From positions 31,128-95,127 of the forward strand of contig CAMYJA010000001.1 in assembly GCA_947258705.1 (NCBI GenBank): a stretch of 64,000 nt of DNA, given 5' to 3'. Source of the DNA: an uncultured Hyphomicrobiaceae bacterium (GTDB lineage: Bacteria > Pseudomonadota > Alphaproteobacteria > Rhizobiales > CAMYJA01). The position numbers and the translations under genes are program-made. The stretch's first letter is position 1; each line of letters begins with the position of its first letter. The notes under the pieces were generated by a model that had not been told where the DNA came from, did not search any database, and saw nothing but the letters and a program-made list of their open reading frames with translations. Of the stretch, positions 1 through 10,477 are shown in pieces.

Positions 1-360
1 CGAACTGAGCGCTAAAAAAAGGTGCGCTATGCGATGCCCGCCATCGAATTTGGCGATCTTGCGGGCGAGCCGGTTTGCGCGCATCCAGTTTCCTGCCGAC
101 AGCTCTAAAATGAAAGCCTGACGCAGGATTGTTTGATTGCCGGGATCACGATTGAGCGCCTGCTTATAATATCCGGCAGCGGTATGATTATCCCTTGAAC
201 TCCTTGCGTGACGTCCGGAAAGATAGCTTCCCAAAAGCGACCTGCTGTCCTGAATGGCATTGCTTGATTCAGCGCGAACTCCCCAATGACCGGAAACAGT
301 CATCATTGACGGTACACAAAGGATGGCAAGTGCCGTGGCGGGAACGGCCCATTTGCGCAT
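1..360 (-). CDS. Secreted TPR-like repeat protein, N-terminal part (gene runs off the left window edge)
   Basis: Minus-strand frame is open from the ATG at 360..358 down to position 1. It is absent from the ORF track because the window edge truncates it. Translation MRKWAVPATALAILCVPSMMTVSG... has a signal-peptide-like start followed by 'AAGYYKQALNRDPGNQTILRQAF', a TPR-like helix pair. Confidence 0.5.
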   Translation of the reverse strand, partial: MRKWAVPATALAILCVPSMMTVSGHWGVRAESSNAIQDSRSLLGSYLSGRHARSSRDNHTAAGYYKQALNRDPGNQTILRQAFILELSAGNWMRANRLARKIAKFDGGHRIAHLFLALSS

Positions 361-535
361 TCGTAAGACAGTTATTGCCACGTAGCGGTATCCCTTCATA
401 AAAAGTGCTTGAGCCATGCCTATCAGCCAACTGCGGCCAAAATAGCAGAGAATCACCCTCATGTGACCATTTACATGGCCCTAATACTTAAAAGTCACTC
501 ATCCGTATCATAAATGAAACATTAGGTGGGAAACA

Positions 536-2218
536 TTACATGTTTGGATAATTCGGGCCGCCGCCACCTTCTGGACAAACCCATGTAATGTTCTGCGCCG
601 GATCCTTGATATCGCATGTTTTGCAATGAACGCAGTTTTGCGCATTGATTTGAAAAACCTTATTGCCGTTTTCATCATCAAGCACCTCATAGACACCTGC
701 AGGGCAATAACGCTGAGCAGGTTCGTCATATTCAGGAAGGTTTTCCGAAATCGGCACCTGGTCGTCACGAAGGGTCAAATGAACCGGCTGGTTTTCCTCA
801 TGATTTGTGGCCGAAAAAGACAGGTTGGTGAGCTTGTCGAATGTGAGCGTTCCATCTGGTTTCGGATAATTGATCGGCTCGAAATCACGCGCCTTACCCA
901 AACAGGCATGGTCGGCTTTGTTATGCCCCAGCGTGTAGCCGAGAAAAGGCAAAAGCGTGTTCAGCCACATTTCCATGCCGCCGGTAATTGTACCCAGAAA
1001 TGTGCCGAGCCGGGAGAGAAGCGGTTTGACATTCCGCACCCGTTTCAGATCGCGGTAAACGTCGCTATCGGCATAAGAGGTCGAATAACGACTTAGTTCA
1101 TCATGGGAGCGCCCCTGATTGATCGCCTCAAATGCCGCCTCCGCCGCCATGATCCCCGTCAATATGGCGTTGTGCGAACCCTTGATCCGCGGCACATTAA
1201 CAAATCCAGCCGCGCATCCCATAAGCGCCCCACCCGGAAAGACAAGCTTAGGGACCGACTGAAACCCGCCCTCGGCAATCGCGCGCGCGCCATATGCCAC
1301 GCGCTTTCCACCATCGAAAACACCGCGAATGGCACGATGGGTCTTGAATCGCTGAAACTCGTCATATGGCGAGAGATAGGGATTCTCGTAATTGAGGTGA
1401 ACGACAAATCCAACCGAAACAAGATTGTCGCCATAGTGATAAAGGAACGACCCGCCACCGGTTTTATCGTCAAGTGGCCAGCCAAGCGAATGCTGGACCA
1501 GCCCCGGCTGGTGATTTTCCGGTAAGACCTCCCATAATTCCTTGATCCCGATGCCGTATTTTTGCATGTCCGATTGATCGTCGAGACCTAATTTGGAGAT
1601 TAACTCCTTGCTCAGCGATCCACGCACACCTTCGGCGAATAAAGTATATTTACCGCGAAGCTCCATCCCCCGCATGAATCCTTCTTTCGGGTTTCCGTTC
1701 TCATCCACACCCATATCGCCAGTGGCAACGCCAATGACTGCGCCATCCTCACCAAAAAGGACCTCCGAAGCCGCAATGCCCGGATAAATCTCCACACCGA
1801 GTTCTTCCGCCTGCTCGCCGAGCCACCGGCAGACATCCGCCAGACTGACAATATAGTTTCCGTGATTTTTCATCAGCGGCGGCATCGAAAAATTCGGGAT
1901 CGGAAACGCGCGCGACCGGGTGAGGTACAGGAATTTATCCTTCCCGACCCTGGTCTCGAGTGGTGCACCTTTTTCCTTCCAATCCGGAATAAGGCGATCA
2001 AGTCCAATAGGATCGATCACGGCTCCCGACAGGATATGAGCGCCGATCTCCGATCCTTTTTCAACCAGTACGACCGTGAGCTCTTTATCCTGAGCCGTGG
2101 CCAATTGCTTTAATTTTATGGCAGCCGACAATCCCGCGGGACCACCGCCGACGATCACTACGTCGAACTCCATTGACTCCCGCTCGGGCAGATCTTGCTT
2201 GTCACTTGCCATTTTCAC
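536..2218 (-). CDS. Electron-transfer flavoprotein:ubiquinone oxidoreductase (ETF-QO)
   Basis: 560-aa ORF. N-terminal FAD fold 'FDVVIVGGGPAGLSAA'. C-terminal ferredoxin-like 4Fe-4S segment 'CPAGVYE...CVHCKTCDIKDP...PEGGGGPNY', typical of ETF-QO. Confidence 0.93.
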   Translation of the reverse strand: MKMASDKQDLPERESMEFDVVIVGGGPAGLSAAIKLKQLATAQDKELTVVLVEKGSEIGAHILSGAVIDPIGLDRLIPDWKEKGAPLETRVGKDKFLYLTRSRAFPIPNFSMPPLMKNHGNYIVSLADVCRWLGEQAEELGVEIYPGIAASEVLFGEDGAVIGVATGDMGVDENGNPKEGFMRGMELRGKYTLFAEGVRGSLSKELISKLGLDDQSDMQKYGIGIKELWEVLPENHQPGLVQHSLGWPLDDKTGGGSFLYHYGDNLVSVGFVVHLNYENPYLSPYDEFQRFKTHRAIRGVFDGGKRVAYGARAIAEGGFQSVPKLVFPGGALMGCAAGFVNVPRIKGSHNAILTGIMAAEAAFEAINQGRSHDELSRYSTSYADSDVYRDLKRVRNVKPLLSRLGTFLGTITGGMEMWLNTLLPFLGYTLGHNKADHACLGKARDFEPINYPKPDGTLTFDKLTNLSFSATNHEENQPVHLTLRDDQVPISENLPEYDEPAQRYCPAGVYEVLDDENGNKVFQINAQNCVHCKTCDIKDPAQNITWVCPEGGGGPNYPNM

Positions 2219-2323
2219 ACAACCCCGGATCCTTGTTGATTACTCGAGCATTCGCTCAACAGAAACACTATTCTGCCAACTCTTCTGTGGCAATATCACA
2301 CCAATTGACTAAAAGAGAACGTC

Positions 2324-3178
2324 ATGAAGATACCCCTGAGCGACGATGAAATAATCTCTGCCCTTGAATGGTGCAAATCGAGCGGAATCGATGAAGCCAT
2401 ACAGGACGCCCCCTCGGACTGGTTCGCGTGGGCGGACAGAAAAAATACGGCAGGTACTGCGCCTGCGGCTGATCTGGATAGCGGTAAAACAGGATCGAGC
2501 GGCTTATTGAAAACCAGCCCGTCGAAGCCGTTGGCCGGTCGCCCGGCAACACCGGGCAACGCTCTGCCTCAGGCCCCGAACGAAGCCGCATTGGCTGCGC
2601 GCGAGAGCGCACGCAAAGCACAGACACTCGCAGAACTTCACGATATTCTTCAGTCTTTCGAAGGATGCGGTCTGGCCAAAACGGCAAAAAGTCTCTGTTT
2701 CTATCGCGGCGCTGAACATGCCGACATCATGCTGATAGGCGAAGCGCCGGGTCGCGACGAAGATATTCAGGGAAAACCGTTTGTCGGTCAGGCCGGTCAA
2801 CTTCTCGACAAAATGCTGTCTGCGATCGACCTCACCGAATCCGATGTTCACATCACCAACATCATCTATTGGCGCCCGCCGGGAAACCGCAATCCCACCA
2901 CACAGGAAGCAGAAATTTGCCGTCCGTTCATCGAGCGTCAGATCGAACTCGTCGCACCGAAGATCCTGATTTTTCTGGGAGGGTCGGCGGCGAAACAAAT
3001 GTTGGATACAAATGAAGGCATCATGCGCATCCGGGGAAAATGGCGCGAATTCAAATACGCAGACCAGACGGTGCAGGCCATAGCGACCCTTCACCCCGCC
3101 TATTTGCTCCGCACCCCGGCGGCAAAACGACTGGCCTGGCAGGATCTTCTGTCCATCCGCGAAGTGCTTAACAAATAA
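2324..3178 (+). CDS. Uracil-DNA glycosylase, family 4, with Ala/Pro-rich N-terminal extension
   Basis: Family-4 UDG motifs 'IGEAPGRDED', 'GKPFVGQAGQLLD' and C-terminal 'HPAYLLR'. Confidence 0.85.
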   Translation: MKIPLSDDEIISALEWCKSSGIDEAIQDAPSDWFAWADRKNTAGTAPAADLDSGKTGSSGLLKTSPSKPLAGRPATPGNALPQAPNEAALAARESARKAQTLAELHDILQSFEGCGLAKTAKSLCFYRGAEHADIMLIGEAPGRDEDIQGKPFVGQAGQLLDKMLSAIDLTESDVHITNIIYWRPPGNRNPTTQEAEICRPFIERQIELVAPKILIFLGGSAAKQMLDTNEGIMRIRGKWREFKYADQTVQAIATLHPAYLLRTPAAKRLAWQDLLSIREVLNK

Positions 3179-3194
3179 GTTTCGAGAATCAGCC

Positions 3195-3731
3195 ATGCCG
3201 AAAATTGACGAAACCATTCCATTCAAGCCCGTCAGAATAGCGGTCATGACCGTCTCCGACACCCGCACGGAAAAAGACGACAAATCCGGTGATTTGATTG
3301 CCAGCATGCTGACCGGAGATGGACACACCCTGAGTGACAAGGCGATCGTCAGGGATGACATCGATGCAATTCGACAACAAATCCGGCAATGGATCAACAG
3401 CGATAATATAGACGTCATCATCACGACGGGCGGTACGGGCTTTACCGGTCGCGACGTCACGCCCGAGGCCGTGAAGCCTTTGTTCGAAAAAGAAATCGAA
3501 GGTTTCTCCAGCCTCTTCCATATGCTGAGTTATGAAAAAGTCGGAACTTCGACAATTCAGTCGCGAGCCTGCGGCGGCCTCGCGGATAACACCCTTATCT
3601 TCGCCATCCCGGGGTCACCCGGTGCTTGCAAGGATGCCTGGAACGGTATTCTGAAATACCAGCTCGACATACGCCATCGCCCGTGCAATTTCATCGAAAT
3701 CATGCCCCGATTCATGGAACATAAAATCTAG
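3195..3731 (+). CDS. moaB: Molybdenum cofactor biosynthesis protein B (MoaB/Mog domain)
   Basis: 178-aa ORF with MoCF-biosynthesis fold signatures 'RIAVMTVSDTR', 'ITTGGTGFTGRD' and 'IFAIPGSPGA'. It lies 17 nt downstream of the UDG gene. Confidence 0.85.
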   Translation: MPKIDETIPFKPVRIAVMTVSDTRTEKDDKSGDLIASMLTGDGHTLSDKAIVRDDIDAIRQQIRQWINSDNIDVIITTGGTGFTGRDVTPEAVKPLFEKEIEGFSSLFHMLSYEKVGTSTIQSRACGGLADNTLIFAIPGSPGACKDAWNGILKYQLDIRHRPCNFIEIMPRFMEHKI

Positions 3732-3893
3732 TCCAGCCTCTCCCGCCACATGAGAGGTCGGTCGAGAATACAAGCCACGAGCGACAATTAATGAGGACCG
3801 GACCGCTAGAAAAATCGAATAAAGGTCGGTTTGACCTTCTTCCTCCACCACGGCAAGGAAGTGAATGGAATTTTCGACCGGAAGGAATCAAGT

Positions 3894-4232
3894 GTGAGTG
3901 ACGATCACCAAGCGCCGGAAAGGCCGGCACCCAAAACCGCAGAAGACGTGCGTGATGCCATCAAAACGATCATGGGCGAGCAATTGCTTATTGAATCCAA
4001 CAGCCCCTATGACCGATCTGTCTGCGTCAAGGCCGTGGCAACGGCCAGCGATACATTCGAACGCATTTCCGTTACAGGTTCGGGGCGTGAGTATATGAGC
4101 AGGGTTTACGACGCCTTGGAAAAACTGCAGGAAATATATGCCGACACCGACGGCGAATACACCAATGGCAAGGCTCCTATAGGCGGTGTGCTTGACAGGC
4201 TCTATGCCCTTGAAAAATTAATCAAGGGCTGA
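3894..4232 (+). CDS. Hypothetical protein (no family recognised)
   Basis: The ORF track gives 3831..4232. I prefer the GTG at 3894, which is preceded by GGAAGGA 7 nt upstream. The product is acidic and predicted helical, with no motif I recognise. Its 3' end overlaps the convergent DUF2064 gene by 11 nt. Confidence 0.4.
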   Translation: MSDDHQAPERPAPKTAEDVRDAIKTIMGEQLLIESNSPYDRSVCVKAVATASDTFERISVTGSGREYMSRVYDALEKLQEIYADTDGEYTNGKAPIGGVLDRLYALEKLIKG

Positions 4233-4878
4233 CATCGGCGGACCCGATCACCAGCCGCCGCCCTCTTTCACCCAGCGCCGTAAAATCCGCACCGCAATCC
4301 ACATCGCCAAGCGTCGCGGCGTAGCCCACCGACCTGCCCTCAAGATTTGCGAGCGTGTCGTCAAGCGCATGTTCCGTCGACCATCGCACACCTGAAAATA
4401 TATCGAGAATTTTCGGACTTCGCCTCAAACCGACCAGCCAATAGCCGCCATCCCCGGCCCGGCCGAACACCGCATCATGCCGGCCGAGCAAATGAAACGC
4501 CTGGGCGATATGCTCAGACTTGATACAGGGTATATCCGTGCCGACAATAATCATTGGACCCGGTATGTCCCGCGCCATGATATGTTTCATCCTGGCTCCG
4601 AGATCGCCGTGCCCCTGGCCGATCTGCCGTATATGCGCGGGCCAGAAACCACTACCGACCGCTTCATCCGGCGCAATCGCCAATTCAGTTTCAAAACGTG
4701 GATCAGCCATCAGCCTCAGCAATACATTGCGCATCACTGAACGATAAAATGATGTTGCCTGAACCGGCCCGATTTCCCGTCCCAATCGAGTTTTAACGGA
4801 ACCGCAAACAGGCGCTTTCGCCATGACGGCCAGGCGGGGCCGGGTATTTGGCGTTGGCGATATTCTGCTTCTAGCCAT
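4222..4878 (-). CDS. DUF2064-family nucleotidyl/glycosyl-transferase-like protein (TIGR04282-like)
   Basis: Motifs 'AKAPVCGSVKTRL', 'IVGTDIP' and 'AGDGGYWLVGL' match my memory of the DUF2064 family. Start is set at the ATG at 4878, which overlaps the upstream GT2 stop by 8 nt (ATGGCTAG). The maximal ORF extends to 4965. Confidence 0.72.
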   Translation of the reverse strand: MARSRISPTPNTRPRLAVMAKAPVCGSVKTRLGREIGPVQATSFYRSVMRNVLLRLMADPRFETELAIAPDEAVGSGFWPAHIRQIGQGHGDLGARMKHIMARDIPGPMIIVGTDIPCIKSEHIAQAFHLLGRHDAVFGRAGDGGYWLVGLRRSPKILDIFSGVRWSTEHALDDTLANLEGRSVGYAATLGDVDCGADFTALGERGRRLVIGSADVSP

Positions 4879-5578
4879 AAAAGCGAACAAGAAACCGGTG
4901 CGGCACCCGTAACGAGTAAAGAAGCTGGCACAGCACATTTCGCGCCGACCGGAACGCATAGCCATCGCGTCTGAATCTTTCAGCGCATGTCACGGCACGT
5001 GCATGCATCATATATATCCGTCTGCGGCCCAGACGCTGAACCAGGTCGACATCCTCCATGATCGGTTGCGGCCGATAGCCGCCGACCTGATCGTACAGTC
5101 GCTTGGATATGAGCAACCCCTGATCCCCGTACGGCATGCGTAAAAGCCCGCACCTGAGCGCGACCAGTTTCTCTAGAACCCTCGGTTTTGCACCTATATC
5201 ATCCAGCGAGAAACGAAATGCCGCGGCTGTGTCCGGTCGTTCTCCCCGCTCAACCTGCTCGATGAATTTGGCGGCTTCCCGCATCCATCCCTCATCAAGC
5301 ACCGTGTCCGCGTGAAGAAACAAATACCAGCGCCCCTTCGCCTTCCGCGCGCCCTCTACCAATTGCGCTCCGCGGCCTTTTTTGGCCGATATGATTTCGG
5401 CGCCTGAATCCTCCGCAATATGCAATGTAAGGTCCCGGGATCCCCCATCCGAAATGACCACCTCGCTAACAATTCCCTCGATCGCTGCGGGCACAAGAGC
5501 GCTCAGCGTCGGCACCAGGGCCTTTTCTTCATTATATGTCGGAATCACAACGGAGATCATGCGCGAGACTATAAACAT
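4871..5578 (-). CDS. Family-2 glycosyltransferase (TIGR04283-like)
   Basis: GT2 signatures 'VSVVIPTYNEE', 'ISDGGSRD' and 'LFLHADT', plus a C-terminal Arg/aromatic tail. Translationally coupled to the downstream DUF2064 gene. Confidence 0.8.
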   Translation of the reverse strand: MFIVSRMISVVIPTYNEEKALVPTLSALVPAAIEGIVSEVVISDGGSRDLTLHIAEDSGAEIISAKKGRGAQLVEGARKAKGRWYLFLHADTVLDEGWMREAAKFIEQVERGERPDTAAAFRFSLDDIGAKPRVLEKLVALRCGLLRMPYGDQGLLISKRLYDQVGGYRPQPIMEDVDLVQRLGRRRIYMMHARAVTCAERFRRDGYAFRSARNVLCQLLYSLRVPHRFLVRFYG

Positions 5579-5676
5579 TTGGCAGCGGCTGGAAAAGACA
5601 CTGTGAACTTTTTAAACATTCCCCCGGATTTCAACATGCCCTCCCATAAGGGGCAAGCATATGCCATCCTGACCGA

Positions 5677-6306
5677 ATGAGGAGAAATGATTCGAAACCA
5701 AAACCGGATTTCGAGCTCGAGCATGCCTGGATCGAAAAAACAGGCGGACCGGTTGCCGGTATCGACGAAGCGGGACGAGGTCCATGGGCAGGTCCCGTTG
5801 CGGCCGCCGCAGTCATACTTGACCCGATGAACATACCCGCAGGGCTCAACGACTCAAAAAAACTGAGCGCGGCAAAGCGCGAGGAACTTTATGAGGAAAT
5901 CGTTCGGACGAGCATCATTGCTGTCTCGTTGGTGGAACCGCGTCAAATCGATGAGCTCAATATCCTCAAAGCAACCCTCTGGGCCATGCGCTCCGCGGTC
6001 GTCAAACTCGAGACCCAGCCAAGGGCTGTTCTCATTGACGGCAATCAACGTCCCGATATCGAATGCGCTCAGGAACTCGTCATCAAGGGCGACGCAAAGT
6101 CGCTTTCCATTGCAGCCGCCTCCATCATCGCGAAAGTAACACGAGACAGAATAATGAAAGAACTGGCAATACAGTATCCCGGTTACGGCTGGGAGAGAAA
6201 CAAAGGTTATGGAACCGCCGAACATAGCGGCGCTCTCAATACCATCGGCGTCACGCCGCACCACCGTAAATCTTTCGCTCCCGTCAAACGCGCTCTTGAG
6301 GCCTGA
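5677..6306 (+). CDS. rnhB: Ribonuclease HII
   Basis: Motifs 'GIDEAGRGPWAGPV', 'DSKKLS' and 'ASIIAKVTRD' are characteristic of RNase HII. Confidence 0.9.
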   Translation: MRRNDSKPKPDFELEHAWIEKTGGPVAGIDEAGRGPWAGPVAAAAVILDPMNIPAGLNDSKKLSAAKREELYEEIVRTSIIAVSLVEPRQIDELNILKATLWAMRSAVVKLETQPRAVLIDGNQRPDIECAQELVIKGDAKSLSIAAASIIAKVTRDRIMKELAIQYPGYGWERNKGYGTAEHSGALNTIGVTPHHRKSFAPVKRALEA

Positions 6307-6529
6307 AACCATAGCTCTCGATTAGTGCTTTTATTTCATCCCGGAATGTGATTCCATCCAGTCGGTTCATGAGACCGCGCGGCTCTGCATCTTAACTTGA
6401 AAATCAAGATAGCTGCCCTTCGCGATCTTTTTCTGGCATTCTCGTGCCTGATTGAACTAAGAATATCGACCCGTCCATGTTTCAGGCCGGAGATCGGTCC
6501 GTTTGTTTCGCGTTGGAGTTTGTCAGTAA

Positions 6530-7678
<1,149 letters not shown>

Positions 7679-7688
7679 ATCCCGACAC

Positions 7689-8813
7689 TTATTCGTGCAG
7701 TGCGTGTCCTAAAATTTTTCTCATAACGCTCGGAAGAGCTTCTCGATCAAGCTCGTCGCGTTTCACCCATCGGCAGCGATTGGGATCGGCCCACAATGTC
7801 AGAGATGATTGCACCGGCACAACGGCACGGTAGACAAGCAGCTCAAGCTTGAAATGGGTGAATGTGTGAGTGACCAATCCCGGCACCGGCCACCAGTCAC
7901 CTTTCACGGGAACCGACCGTAAGGCTTCGTTCTCCTCAATCCAGTCTTCACCCCATGATGTAGACGGTACTTCCATCATCCCTGACAAAAGCCCGCCCTG
8001 GGGGCGCTTGCGGATAAGAACCTTGCCGTCCTCTCGCAGTGCCAGAAAAGCAATGCCGCGCCTGACCGGCCGTTCCGCTTTCTCGGCCCTCATCGGCAGC
8101 CGTTCGGCAATCCCTTTTTCTTGCGCCTGGCAATGCGCCTCGAGCGGGCAAATCAGGCATGACGGTCGTTTGGGCGTGCAAATTGTGGCGCCAAGATCCA
8201 TGACCGCCTGAGCATAGTCTCCCGGGCGGCTCGCGGGTGTGAGAGCCTCGGCCAGTTCCCTTAACTCGGATTTGGCCTTTGGAAGCGGATTTTCCACTGC
8301 AAAGAGACGCGCAACAACGCGTTCGAAATTCCCATCCACAGGGGTTGCCTGGCGGTCAAACGCGATCGCTGCAATCGCCGCGGCCGTGTAGGGCCCGATA
8401 CCGGGCAAAGCCAGCAATTGCTCCTCCTGGGCCGGAAACCGTCCTGCAAAGTCGGAAACGATAAGCTTGGCGCATTTGTGCAGATTATGAGCACGCGTGT
8501 AATAACCAAGCCCGGCCCAGACGGCGAGGACATCGTCTTCAGCGGCATTGGCGAGATCTTCGACACGTGGCCAGCGCTGCGTAAATTTTTCAAAATAGGG
8601 AATAACCGCATTGACCGTCGTTTGCTGGAGCATGATTTCTGAAAGCCAAACACGATAGGGATCGATATCGCTCTCTTGCTTCGCGCGCCAGGGCAGATCG
8701 CGCTTTTCCCGGTCGTACCAGTCGATCAGCAGATCGGGCATGTCGGCCATGCGCGCCGCAACCCCTTCTCCTTGAGACTTCATCGCAACAGCTGTCACCT
8801 TAATTGCCCCCAA
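7689..8813 (-). CDS. mutY: A/G-specific adenine DNA glycosylase MutY
   Basis: HhH-GPD region 'LPGIGPYTAAAIAAIAF', 4Fe-4S loop 'CTPKRPSCLICPLEAHC' and a C-terminal NUDIX-like domain. The true start may be an internal Met (MKSQ... or MADMPD...). Confidence 0.9.
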   Translation of the reverse strand: MGAIKVTAVAMKSQGEGVAARMADMPDLLIDWYDREKRDLPWRAKQESDIDPYRVWLSEIMLQQTTVNAVIPYFEKFTQRWPRVEDLANAAEDDVLAVWAGLGYYTRAHNLHKCAKLIVSDFAGRFPAQEEQLLALPGIGPYTAAAIAAIAFDRQATPVDGNFERVVARLFAVENPLPKAKSELRELAEALTPASRPGDYAQAVMDLGATICTPKRPSCLICPLEAHCQAQEKGIAERLPMRAEKAERPVRRGIAFLALREDGKVLIRKRPQGGLLSGMMEVPSTSWGEDWIEENEALRSVPVKGDWWPVPGLVTHTFTHFKLELLVYRAVVPVQSSLTLWADPNRCRWVKRDELDREALPSVMRKILGHALHE

Positions 8814-8843
8814 ACTTCCGGCGAATCACTTAAGATATATTAG

Positions 8844-9476
8844 GTGGCCACAAGTGACGTTAATACCGATGCGGGGGGAAAACAGTTGAAAACTTCGAGA
8901 GGCGCGAAGTCCATCAAGAAAATGGCCCCGAAAGAGGCCGTTGGCGGTGCTGTCCGGGGACCGCGCCTGGTATCATCCTTCGTGCCAAAACTGACATCCA
9001 AAGCCTTTGAAAAGTGCGGCTTCCCGATATCAGCCTTACTGCTGGACTGGGCCGAAATCGCGGGCGCCGACCTTGCCGGGTTCACACGGCCTGAAAAACT
9101 GACCTGGCCCAGACGTCAATATGACAAACACAAGGACGCCGAAAATTCGGGGCTGAACGGCGAAAAAGCTGGCGGTGCAACACTCGTTCTCCGTGTGGAC
9201 GGACCGCGGGCCATTGAGGTTCAGCATTCCGCCACCCAAATCATGGAACATATCAACGCCTATTTCGGCTATCGCGCTGTAACAGAGCTGCGCTTTCTGC
9301 AGGCTCCGATTACAAACGAGCTGCCGCGCCAGACCATTCAACCCAAACCGGCCAGGACAAATTCGTCTCCCAAACCATCGCGATCCACGAATGCTCAAAC
9401 CGCGAATGGGCAACCGGCATCAAGTCTGGAAGCATCCCTTGCCCGTCTGGCAGGGCATTTGGAATCTGCCGAGTAG
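8844..9476 (+). CDS. DUF721-family protein
   Basis: GTG start. The segment 'LLLDWAEIAGADLAGFTRPEKL...GATLVLRVDGPRAIEVQHSATQIMEHINAYFGYRAVTELRF' follows the DUF721 pattern as I remember it. The position between mutY and dsbA is conserved in Rhizobiales. Confidence 0.65.
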   Translation: MATSDVNTDAGGKQLKTSRGAKSIKKMAPKEAVGGAVRGPRLVSSFVPKLTSKAFEKCGFPISALLLDWAEIAGADLAGFTRPEKLTWPRRQYDKHKDAENSGLNGEKAGGATLVLRVDGPRAIEVQHSATQIMEHINAYFGYRAVTELRFLQAPITNELPRQTIQPKPARTNSSPKPSRSTNAQTANGQPASSLEASLARLAGHLESAE

Positions 9477-9685
9477 AGCCTTTTTTCCGAAACGTGCCAT
9501 CGGTCTGAACTCATCAACGCACAATCAAGCGGATTGGCCGGCGACAACGCCTGGCACTTGCCTTATCAAGGCTCAAATCCCACATTAGGCATTGGACAAT
9601 ACGCCAATTCGTTCAGATTGCTTTTTCTGGGCTTGAATGCGAATACTAGCCTGCAAAATCAGCTCAACGGGCCCAACGTCCGGGA

Positions 9686-10429
9686 TTGCCGGACAAGAAT
9701 TTAATTTTGAGGATAATGATGATCTCAAATAAGACTTTAATGATGATTGGCGGCACGGCAATCGCTGCTTTGGCTGTGGCTGCATTTTATTTTACAGCCT
9801 CACCGAACGGCAGTCCCGAAACGGCTCAAGCAAGGGGTGGCCCTCAAAAAGACGAATATCCCGTGGCTGAATTGCTCAAGCCCGGGCCGTTGCCGGAAAA
9901 TATTTTGGGCTCCTCCGACGCCCCCATAACGATCATCGAATATTCCTCGATGACGTGTCCCCATTGCGCGAATTTCCATACAAAAGTCCTGCCCGACCTC
10001 AAATCAAAATATATCGATACGGGCAAGGTCCGCTATATCATGCGTGAATTCCCCCTCGACAATCTGGCCGCCGCCGCTTCGATGCTCGCGCGTTGTGCCG
10101 GCCCGAAAAAATCATTTCCCCTGGTTGAGCTCCTTTATGCACGTCAGGCCGAATGGGCCTTCGGCGAAGGCAGTCCACTGCCGGCATTGCGCAAGATCAC
10201 CAAGGTCAATGCGGGGATTACAAAAGAAACTTTCGACAAATGCCTGACCGACCAGAAGACCCTCGATAAAATGCTTGAAATCCGCAAACGAGGCAGCGAG
10301 GTTTTCGGTGTAAACTCGACGCCGACTTTCTTTATTAACGGCAAGGTTCTGAAAGGCCGCCACAATCTGGAGGACTTTGAAAAAATTATGGAACCAACGT
10401 TGAAACAGGAAACAGGCCCCAAGAACTGA
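9686..10429 (+). CDS. DsbA-family thiol:disulfide oxidoreductase, membrane-anchored/secreted
   Basis: N-terminal hydrophobic helix 'LMMIGGTAIAALAVAAFYF' and thioredoxin-fold active site 'MTCPHCANFH', with 'TPTFFINGK' near the C-terminus. Confidence 0.85.
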   Translation: MPDKNLILRIMMISNKTLMMIGGTAIAALAVAAFYFTASPNGSPETAQARGGPQKDEYPVAELLKPGPLPENILGSSDAPITIIEYSSMTCPHCANFHTKVLPDLKSKYIDTGKVRYIMREFPLDNLAAAASMLARCAGPKKSFPLVELLYARQAEWAFGEGSPLPALRKITKVNAGITKETFDKCLTDQKTLDKMLEIRKRGSEVFGVNSTPTFFINGKVLKGRHNLEDFEKIMEPTLKQETGPKN

Positions 10430-10477
10430 TCGGCTACCACCAACATTACAAGCTGTTTTTTCCGTAAAGTATCGTTC

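Noticed and set aside
2504-3460. 318-aa minus-strand ORF spanning the UDG gene and the start of moaB
   Set aside because: It crosses an intergenic gap and two well-supported plus-strand genes. The translation has no recognisable family features, so it is a shadow ORF.
6389-6405. Possible CtrA box (TTAACTTGAAAATCAAG) and a single GATTC site (6350..6354) upstream of ccrM
   Set aside because: Only one TTAA half-site is intact (TTAA-N7-ATCA), and one GANTC site is what chance would give. This is not enough to call a CtrA- or CcrM-regulated promoter.
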